From Candidatus Saccharimonadota bacterium (lineage in GTDB: Bacteria > Patescibacteriota > Saccharimonadia > Saccharimonadales > Saccharimonadaceae), in contig CP006915.1 of assembly GCA_000503915.1 (NCBI GenBank), positions 210,001 to 242,000 on the forward strand: a stretch of 32,000 nucleotides of DNA, given 5' to 3'. Shown in pieces: positions 25,497 through 32,000 of the stretch. A program made the position numbers and the translations under genes. Positions within the stretch are counted from its first letter, which is position 1. Each line of letters opens with the position of its first letter. A model generated the notes under the pieces. It saw only the letters and a program-made list of their open reading frames with translations, searched no databases and was not told where the DNA came from.

Positions 25497-25581
25497 TCTC
25501 TATCTAAAATACGCCCCTTTTACTTGCCATGCAATATGACTAGAGCGATGCCCCTTCCTGACTTAAACCAGTAGATTCCCA

Positions 25582-27144
25582 TCATCTCACCGAAACAATA
25601 ATATGCGGGCGAAGAGCTGATCTACCGATGGCGGTTGCTCGATAAAGCGCTGTTTTTAGCGTACCTGCAGCAGTAGTCAACGTCCGAGTGGTTCCACGAG
25701 TGCCACGGTATGTTATCGGCTCATCAATTTCTTTAAGTATTTCGGATAGGTCAGCGTCGTCCTCAGGTGATAAACCCGCGTATAAGCCTCTCATCGTTGC
25801 GTCGGCAGACTCTATCTCATAGGCAAACTGTATATCATCGGATAGGTCAGTGTATGCTGTCTCGAGCTCCTCTGGTGTTTCTTTATTATCACTTATGCCA
25901 TGCTCTTCATCTATAGCCGCGAACGCTACTTCATCAGGGTTCTCTGAGGGCTCACTGAGGCTGAGCAACAGTTTATTTACTTCTGAAATAGCAAGTTCTG
26001 TTTCTACTAATGAGTCGAGGCGGGTAGCGTCCTCATCAAGCACCGTTTCTAGTTCTTCCACGCCCCAATGGGTCTGCACCACTTCCTGGCAGTCGGCCGA
26101 AGAGTAAAGCTCGTCCTGGTCGAGTATCAACAGCTCATGATCTGGATCGAGCGACTCTGCCATGCTTTCGTCAATGACAGGCTCAATCTCATTATCGTCT
26201 CGTACCATCTCGGAAGCAGTTTGACTGAAGTACTCCAGCGGCTCAAGCACGATTTCATTTTCGAGCGCTTGAACTGCCGGATCTATATCGCTGTTCTCAT
26301 ATAGCAATGACTCATCGTCCTTAGAGTCAGGTAGCGGTTCGCTCTGATTGTCCATCTCCAGATCCAATGTCGTGGCAGGAGTAATCGATTCTGTAACAAG
26401 TTCTTGGTTCTTATCTTGAGTAGCAGTAAGGTTGTCATCCTGTTGGGGTGTTGCCTCTACACTGAGAGCGACTGGTCGATCGACCGTTCTGTGCTCATGC
26501 TCCGGGGCAACATCGTGCACTCCCGAGGTCGATCGTGGCGATTCATGCCTAGCCGGCGAAACATCTGTTTCCTCCACTGGGATTGGTACTACCTGCTTGG
26601 CTTCTTCATGCTCTATGGTGTCTTTTTCCGCACTCTTATCAACTGACGGCTTAGTCTCAGCCTTTGGCTTAATGGCAGTTTCGATCGGCTGCTGCAGAGG
26701 TTTACTCTTATTCGTTACAGATTCCGCTTTCTTAGGTGGTTCATCTGAACGTGTCAGATCATTTTGCGGCGTGTTTTCTTTTTTCACTTCGACAACAACC
26801 GGCTCGCTCTTCTCTTCCCGGGATACTTCGACTGCGGGCTCTTGCAGCACCTCTTTTTCTTCAGAGACCTGGTTCGCGAGAAAGTCATATACGTCGGCTA
26901 TCACCTGGTCGGCATTTTCTTCTGTCATTGGCTGGCAATAGTTATTTAATGCTACCGTGAGTGGCACTTCAGCACCACCCATCCAAGGGCAAGGCGCGAC
27001 TACCTCCGCGTTTGTCACTACGAGAGGAAAAAGTATGCCGTCAAGTTTAGGAAAAGCAAGCTCCTGAGTATTGTACTCATTCTCTACCCTCATTTCCGCT
27101 ACCGTTTCTTGAACGTAGGGAGATTCAACCAAGGCTTCACTCAC
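25582..27144 (-). CDS. Hyper-acidic, largely low-complexity protein (520 aa), function unknown
   Basis: Long ORF with GTG start. It has an N-terminal domain of about 90 aa (..VVAPCPWMGGAEVPLTVALNNYCQP..), then a stretch of about 380 aa rich in E/D/P/T/S/V, and a basic Thr/Arg/Ala-rich C-terminal tail. No TM helix or signal peptide. Confidence 0.6.
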   Translation of the reverse strand: MSEALVESPYVQETVAEMRVENEYNTQELAFPKLDGILFPLVVTNAEVVAPCPWMGGAEVPLTVALNNYCQPMTEENADQVIADVYDFLANQVSEEKEVLQEPAVEVSREEKSEPVVVEVKKENTPQNDLTRSDEPPKKAESVTNKSKPLQQPIETAIKPKAETKPSVDKSAEKDTIEHEEAKQVVPIPVEETDVSPARHESPRSTSGVHDVAPEHEHRTVDRPVALSVEATPQQDDNLTATQDKNQELVTESITPATTLDLEMDNQSEPLPDSKDDESLLYENSDIDPAVQALENEIVLEPLEYFSQTASEMVRDDNEIEPVIDESMAESLDPDHELLILDQDELYSSADCQEVVQTHWGVEELETVLDEDATRLDSLVETELAISEVNKLLLSLSEPSENPDEVAFAAIDEEHGISDNKETPEELETAYTDLSDDIQFAYEIESADATMRGLYAGLSPEDDADLSEILKEIDEPITYRGTRGTTRTLTTAAGTLKTALYRATAIGRSALRPHIIVSVR

Positions 27145-27392
27145 GTTAAATAATCCTACCTTTATAGAGGCTCTTTTTCGAACCGTTTTATTTTTATAGC
27201 GTGCTCTTATAGAGTATAGTCGCGTGCTAAAAATTGCCCTGTGATCTATGTCACTGGTACGTAATGGCTAGCAAGGCTGTGGGTAAATATTGCAAACCAC
27301 TCACTCCTTGGTGGTACATTAAATATCAGAGTCGATGGTATCTTTATTTGGCTCACAACGATTAAGAGAATTATGCCCGCTGTGAAAGCGGA

Positions 27393-28019
27393 TTATTTTG
27401 TGTTTTCGCTATAACTAGCTCTCACAAGATTCTGCCATTCAAGACCATCGTCATCTGAATATGGTGCTCCTAGATTAGTAAAGCCAAGTGATTGCAGCAG
27501 ATTACTTGCGCCGCCATTTTTAGTAAGGTGTCTTGAGTATATGTTCTCGAATCCTAAGCCCTGTAGGTGCTCGATTACTTTACTGCTCGCCGCAAAACCA
27601 ACGCCTTTTCCGCGTACCTCAGGATCACCTATCATTATGTGAATAGCTGGAGCGGGTACATTGCCAACTTGTTCTAAGTCTACCCATACAGAACCCACTA
27701 CCTTGCTTTGATACTCAATCATCCAATTAAATTGATCTCGTCTCTCAATAAAATCTTTGACACGCTTACGTTCTTGCTCCATGGTGGTAGGCTCATTGTC
27801 CTGATCAGCCACACCCATAGAAGTAAGTGTTGCTCGGCCCAACTCGCCTTCAAGCCACTGAACACCAAGGGCAGCGTCTCTTTCAATATTTGGCTCAACA
27901 AGAAAGACGTCGGGATTATCTGTCTGTAAGTTTTCTGTCGTACTCATGCTCATTATTGTACCACTGGAAAGCCCCTGCTCTTTCTTAGTGCTGGTTTCAA
28001 TTCTTTTTCGTGTATACAA
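27393..28019 (-). CDS. GNAT-family N-acetyltransferase
   Basis: Acetyl-CoA motif A region IMIGDPEVRGKGVGFAASSKVIEHL and the beta-bulge region SRHLTKNGGASNLLQSLGF. The start is uncertain (TTG 28019 or ATG 27953). Confidence 0.75.
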   Translation of the reverse strand: MYTRKRIETSTKKEQGLSSGTIMSMSTTENLQTDNPDVFLVEPNIERDAALGVQWLEGELGRATLTSMGVADQDNEPTTMEQERKRVKDFIERRDQFNWMIEYQSKVVGSVWVDLEQVGNVPAPAIHIMIGDPEVRGKGVGFAASSKVIEHLQGLGFENIYSRHLTKNGGASNLLQSLGFTNLGAPYSDDDGLEWQNLVRASYSENTK

Positions 28020-28090
28020 AAAGTCAGAACTGAATTAACAGTTCTGACTTCATCTACTCCTGCTTGGCTCAGCACACCGGTCTTGAATAA

Positions 28091-28888
28091 TTATGTAATT
28101 CTTCGAATGTATATTGTTAGAGCAATAGAACTCATAACTACGACAGCAGCAACCATCACCATCGGCGGGATAGCATTAACCCCATCCACTGTCATCAGAA
28201 TCATAGCAGCTACGATGCTTAGACCCATTAATACCGAAAAAGTCAGCCATGGAGCAAGAAAAAACGGCCCATTAGGTTTATTCTTCAAAGCATAATAGCC
28301 AGTGATTATGAAGCCCGGAAGAACTACTGATAAATCAATTACATGAATAGGATTGACCCACAGGCCAGCTTCGACTACACCTTTAGGAACATTACCAGCA
28401 ATCAACGCTGGAATAATTTCACTAAGCCAAAGTAACCCAAACAGGACACCGATAGACATAATCGTATATGCTGCAAATTTCTTTGCAGATGCCTTCGGAT
28501 ACACACCTTCACGACTTCTAATATCTTTGATAGTCAATAAAACAGCGTACGAACTGAGTCCAAGGATTGCAACATATACCAAAAATAGCATATTAAAATG
28601 AACTGCCATCGCGTAAACTACATATGCATAGATTAAATACAATAAGGTTCCCAGCCACAGAAGTGCCGCTTTGAACGATCCTTTGTAATACATATAGCCG
28701 CAGACTAGTAAAATTGGTACAGCCAATAAATTACCTATATCCTGACCTTTCGCCTGAGTTGCCCAGTTCAATGTCTCTTTACTATAGATACTCGGATCTA
28801 GCAGACCATACAGACTAGCCACAACCACTAACGCTGATATTAATAGAGACCATACGATTATGGATTTTGATAATGTTATTTTTTTCAT
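28091..28888 (-). CDS. Hypothetical polytopic membrane protein (265 aa, about 8 TM)
   Basis: Uninterrupted hydrophobic ORF in an AT-rich segment. No family recognised. Confidence 0.6.
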   Translation of the reverse strand: MKKITLSKSIIVWSLLISALVVVASLYGLLDPSIYSKETLNWATQAKGQDIGNLLAVPILLVCGYMYYKGSFKAALLWLGTLLYLIYAYVVYAMAVHFNMLFLVYVAILGLSSYAVLLTIKDIRSREGVYPKASAKKFAAYTIMSIGVLFGLLWLSEIIPALIAGNVPKGVVEAGLWVNPIHVIDLSVVLPGFIITGYYALKNKPNGPFFLAPWLTFSVLMGLSIVAAMILMTVDGVNAIPPMVMVAAVVVMSSIALTIYIRRIT

Positions 28889-28936
28889 TTTACTAGTTTA
28901 CACCGTAATCAAGTTCAGCTGCAACAAACGTCTCAA

Positions 28937-29623
28937 TCATGCACGTGTCTTGTGAAATAACCTGAATAATAGAAAGCCGTTAATTATTAGCGCAAACCAG
29001 GTTACAGTAATTGCTGCTATTTCAAAAATATACTCTTTATTGAATCCCATTAACCCTACGATAATGATTAACGAAATAATAGTTAGTGCGAAACCTCCAA
29101 CAAACACTCTTTTAATCCACTTCTCGAGTTTTGTCTTGGCTGTCATTGCTAGACCGGCGAATAAGAAAGAAACGCTCATAAGCAAGTAACCTAGCTCTTC
29201 TAAGGCAATGAACATTCCATGTGGGTTAAATTGGCTTATGAGCGAAATTCCATCAGCTTCATTTTTTAGTAAACTTGGCTGCACGGCTGACAGTTGAGTA
29301 AAGTATGCAACCAATAAAATAGCGCCGGAAATCGACGCAAATATTACAGTTAATTGTCCGAATAGCTTTTTCTTTTCTTCTGATCGATTACCTAAAATGG
29401 TCATCAAGATAATATAGGTGACTAGAATAATTATTGCAGGAAATATCCAGTAATAATCTCTTGGAAACCTGGAGGCGACATCAAGATATGGATATTGAAA
29501 ACAAACCACCTCTCTACACATCGGCCCAGATAGAGGGGGTGTATTAAAGGCGATAATAAAAGTAATTAGAGTCAGCATTGACGTGAATAAAGCGACTCCT
29601 GAGTCAAAGTTTATCTTCTTCAC
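28937..29623 (-). CDS. Hypothetical polytopic membrane protein (228 aa, about 6 TM)
   Basis: GTG start behind GGAGGTG. Hydrophobic ORF in an AT-rich segment. No family recognised. Confidence 0.6.
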   Translation of the reverse strand: MKKINFDSGVALFTSMLTLITFIIAFNTPPLSGPMCREVVCFQYPYLDVASRFPRDYYWIFPAIIILVTYIILMTILGNRSEEKKKLFGQLTVIFASISGAILLVAYFTQLSAVQPSLLKNEADGISLISQFNPHGMFIALEELGYLLMSVSFLFAGLAMTAKTKLEKWIKRVFVGGFALTIISLIIIVGLMGFNKEYIFEIAAITVTWFALIINGFLLFRLFHKTRA

Positions 29624-29721
29624 TCCAACACCTCCTTATCATGTAATGGTTACACTTAAACACAGTATATACCGTTTTATCCGAAATGATGAAGCCCGAC
29701 ATTCAATAGCTTACGGCTACT

Positions 29722-29768
29722 AACAAAAACAGACCATCTAGTAGCGTGAATGCTTACTGGATAGTCTG
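29722..29768 (-). terminator. Rho-independent terminator downstream of the tRNA
   Basis: On the minus strand, a 14-bp stem (29768..29755 with 29743..29730, one mismatch) and an 11-nt loop are followed by TTTTTGTT (29729..29722). Confidence 0.55.
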
Positions 29769-29782
29769 TAAAATTATGCTCT

Positions 29783-30092
29783 TGGCTCCGGCGGCTGGAT
29801 TCGAACCAGCGACCTAATCGTTACACGTGATCATCTCTTTCGAGGATGCGTGGACTATCTCATCATCCATCAAAAAGATGGAGCAGGGCGCTTGTGAGGG
29901 AGTATTGTTGGGCTCACACTCTAGTCTCTGAACCTTCCAAGATCCTTTATCCCAATCTTGGCTTGGCTGCGGATTGTCATATCCACCTTAGGTGGACTTA
30001 GATTTCCCGCAATTCACCCTGTGTTTCCGTACTTGGTTACCCAAGAAGGCTGCCTATGACAGCGACCCGCTCTACCACTGAGCTACGCCGGA
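29783..30092 (-). tRNA. Intron-containing tRNA, most likely tRNA-Asn(GUU); the alternative splice junction gives tRNA-Thr(UGU)
   Basis: Exon 1 30092..30059 (TCCGGCG TA GCTC AGTGGTA GAGC G GGTCG CTGT) plus exon 2 29823..29783 (TAA CGATT AGGTC GCTGG TTCGAAT CCAGC CGCCGGA G CCA) fold into a 75-nt cloverleaf with encoded CCA. U1-A72 and G73 fit Asn. Confidence 0.85.
29824..30058 (-). ncRNA. Group I intron (tRNA-type, IC3-like), 235 nt, no ORF
   Basis: Core strings match those of the Azoarcus/Anabaena tRNA introns: GAATTGCGGGAAATCTAAGTCC, TATGACAATCCGCAGCCAAGCC, GGAAGGTTCAGAGACTAGAGTG. There are GNRA-capped helices, the 5' exon ends in U opposite an intron G, and the intron ends in G. Confidence 0.85.
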
Positions 30093-30195
30093 ATACCGTT
30101 AATTAGGTGCGTCTACTTCCGTAGATACAAAGGCTATTTTAACTGATTTCTCCAGAGGTGTAAATACTCTGACGCCGAGTTCTATCTCCCGATGT

Positions 30196-31908
30196 CTATC
30201 GAAGTGATTCAATCTTTCGCGTCAGGTCGGCAATATTTGCCCATGAGGATTTATCGGTCATGACCACCAGTACATAGGTTCCTTTTGGCGAATAGACGAT
30301 AGCGGCGTCATGGAGTAGCGCCCACAAGAATCCGACTTTGTCTGCCACCGTCCCGCTGGCACCGGCTGGGATGCCCTGCCGATAGACTTGTCGTTTCATG
30401 GCATCAAGCAAGCGCGACCGGCTAGCGCTAGAGATCGGTAACGAACCATTTTGTAGCATGATGAGATATGAGCGCAGATCGTTTGGCGTCGTCTCGATAT
30501 TCGTATGCATAAAGCTCGAGCCGGTCAAGCCAAGCGCCTGGATTTCATTCGTCAGCGTCGACAAGCCAATCTTTAAAAGCATCGCCTTGGCGCACTCGTT
30601 GTCAGACTTCACGATCATATCGTCAAAGCAAGTTGCGAGATCTCGGCCGCCGTTAATATTTTTATCCGACCACTTCCACGTACCGGCATCGACCCGTTTC
30701 AAGGTGCCATAAGCGACAAAAAGCTTATAGGTACTGGCTGTCACAAAGACTCGGCTGCCGTTATACTGAGCAATTCTACCCTGGCCTGCCAATTCTTGGA
30801 ACGAGACGCCGAATGTACCCGGGTGATCCGCGACATAGTGAGTTATCAATGCCGAAATGCCGAGGCTAGTGTGCGTATAGGTACGCTGATACACGACTTT
30901 TGGCGAAACGGACATGATTGCTGTCTTGGCAGCTGATGTTTTACTTTCCAGCACCGCCTTGATGCTCGCAAGTGTTTTGGTGAGGTCAAGTGTCTGTCCA
31001 GTCGCACCAAGTTTCTGTGACATGACCGTGAAATCCAGCGTCGTAATAACTGTCTGGCCAGCTGGCTTCGCGACGAGCGGTGTGACATGCTTCGTGAGGT
31101 AGGCATTCGCTTTTGACTGATTGATATCGTAACGTAAGGCATCGTCTTTGGATGTAAATGTCAACCATGACAAGACATCTGCCTGTTTAAGCGTCTGGTC
31201 TTTACCGTTGACGGAGAGTATGACACCATCACGAGTAACTGCCAGAAGCTGCTCTTTTACTTTTGTCGCCTGTTCGTCATTGACGCTCGGTTTGACGGTT
31301 TTTACCGGAATGGTCACGGTACTCGGAGCATCCAGCCGTGGACGGACTGCCGTAAGTGATGCCAGCGCTTCCGACTCGTCGCACTTGCCGCCATTGATAG
31401 CGCTCACAAGCTGTAATGTATCATCCTTATAGGTGAGCGTTGCGTTTTTCGCGGGTATATCGCATGATTTGCCAAGCTTGTTGTTAAGATAGGATTTTGC
31501 CACTTTTTTGTTGGTTTCGTAGCGCGGCTGTCCATCGGGCTGGACGAAACCGTACCAGAGCAGTGAGGTCGGAACAAGCCGCAGATACCATGGGTAGTCA
31601 CGTGTAGCGAGACGGGATGAATTTTCCACTTTCAGGCCGATATCGGAAGGAAGTGCCTTATCATAAGAGGCTTTAGCGTCACCGAGTTTGACAGCAATTC
31701 TTTGGCTAGCCATACCGTGGTCGAGCTGCCACGCTGCATCTTTATTTTTCCACCCGCTCACATCAAGCCCGTCAATAGAAGCAAACAGCGGCAAGCGATC
31801 GGTTGGATAGAACAGCTGCACGACAATAAAGCCACCTAGAATGACCAGTCCAATCACGAAAAGCGCCTTATTACGGCGCCGGTACCACTGCTTAATGCGA
31901 CTCCACAT
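30196..31908 (-). CDS. Membrane-anchored serine hydrolase with a C-terminal class A beta-lactamase-like / penicillin-binding-fold domain
   Basis: N-terminal TM helix ALFVIGLVILGGFIVVQLF and an unknown extracytoplasmic region of about 330 aa. The C-terminal domain carries SxxK (ASTYK), SDN (KSDNE) and a KTG-like KVG (DKVGF). Confidence 0.65.
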   Translation of the reverse strand: MWSRIKQWYRRRNKALFVIGLVILGGFIVVQLFYPTDRLPLFASIDGLDVSGWKNKDAAWQLDHGMASQRIAVKLGDAKASYDKALPSDIGLKVENSSRLATRDYPWYLRLVPTSLLWYGFVQPDGQPRYETNKKVAKSYLNNKLGKSCDIPAKNATLTYKDDTLQLVSAINGGKCDESEALASLTAVRPRLDAPSTVTIPVKTVKPSVNDEQATKVKEQLLAVTRDGVILSVNGKDQTLKQADVLSWLTFTSKDDALRYDINQSKANAYLTKHVTPLVAKPAGQTVITTLDFTVMSQKLGATGQTLDLTKTLASIKAVLESKTSAAKTAIMSVSPKVVYQRTYTHTSLGISALITHYVADHPGTFGVSFQELAGQGRIAQYNGSRVFVTASTYKLFVAYGTLKRVDAGTWKWSDKNINGGRDLATCFDDMIVKSDNECAKAMLLKIGLSTLTNEIQALGLTGSSFMHTNIETTPNDLRSYLIMLQNGSLPISSASRSRLLDAMKRQVYRQGIPAGASGTVADKVGFLWALLHDAAIVYSPKGTYVLVVMTDKSSWANIADLTRKIESLR

Positions 31909-32000
31909 TGGCCGTTACCTCTTCCTCTAATGCCTTTGTGATTTCAGTAAAGCCGAGCTGCTGCATCGCTTCTTTCACTACTGATTTCTGTTCTGGTGTC
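31892..32000 (-). CDS. 3' end of a gene truncated by the right window edge (last 35 aa: TPEQKSVVKEAMQQLGFTEITKALEEEVTANVESH)
   Basis: Open frame from 31999 to stop TAA at 31894..31892. It overlaps the start of the downstream gene by 17 nt. No function can be assigned. Confidence 0.35.
   Translation of the reverse strand, partial: TPEQKSVVKEAMQQLGFTEITKALEEEVTANVESH

Noticed and set aside
26404-26960. Several plus-strand ORFs of 61-169 aa inside the acidic-protein gene (similar ones at 25850-26304).
   Set aside because: These are shadow ORFs created by the GAx/GTx-rich codon bias of the minus-strand gene. They have Ser/Cys/Phe-rich nonsense-like composition and no start signals.
27177-27184. 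The 8-mer TTCGAACC is shared with the tRNA T-loop region (29800-29807). It was considered as the distal att repeat of an island integrated at the tRNA.
   Set aside because: Only 8 nt match, which is expected by chance. There is no integrase or other mobility gene between the sites.
1-32000. Scanned for CRISPR arrays, rRNA, transposases/integrases, toxin-antitoxin pairs and known defence-system genes.
   Set aside because: No spaced direct-repeat array, no rRNA-like sequence, and no recognisable mobility or defence domains. The AbrB/MazE-fold gene has no adjacent toxin.

Overview
Gene-dense bacterial chromosomal window with about 42 protein-coding genes (mostly minus strand), one tRNA, very short or overlapping intergenic gaps, and several ATGA-type and 4-nt convergent overlaps. 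Housekeeping content: murC, a MazG-like NTP pyrophosphohydrolase, trmB, a frameshifted tsaC/yrdC, a type IV pilin, msrA, an archaeal-type aspS, a P2-type cation ATPase, a CNNM/CBS protein, a DsbA-like oxidoreductase, corA, a DHA2 MFS efflux pump behind an AbrB-like regulator, phosphoketolase, a rhodanese / Fur-family regulator / glutaredoxin module, YggT, and many small membrane proteins. The repertoire and compact architecture resemble reduced-genome Patescibacteria/CPR (Saccharibacteria-like); this is inference only. Stand-out items: (i) a heliorhodopsin gene (24735-25496) with a conserved Schiff-base Lys and counterion Glu, in a low-GC patch next to a 520-aa hyper-acidic orphan protein; (ii) a tRNA gene (29783-30092, most likely Asn-GUU) split in the anticodon loop by a 235-nt ORF-less group I intron; (iii) two single-nucleotide frameshifts of opposite sign within about 700 bp (tsaC and a secreted-protein gene); (iv) recurrent TATACT-type -10 boxes 6-10 nt upstream of start codons with no Shine-Dalgarno (leaderless-type starts) at operon-first genes; (v) candidate operators, namely a 10-3-10 palindrome across the rhodanese/fur divergent promoters and three tandem 9-bp repeats over the AbrB-like gene promoter; (vi) small ORFs below the track cutoff (30 aa, 59 aa) with their own promoter, SD and terminator signals. 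No CRISPR array, transposase, integrase or rRNA was seen.
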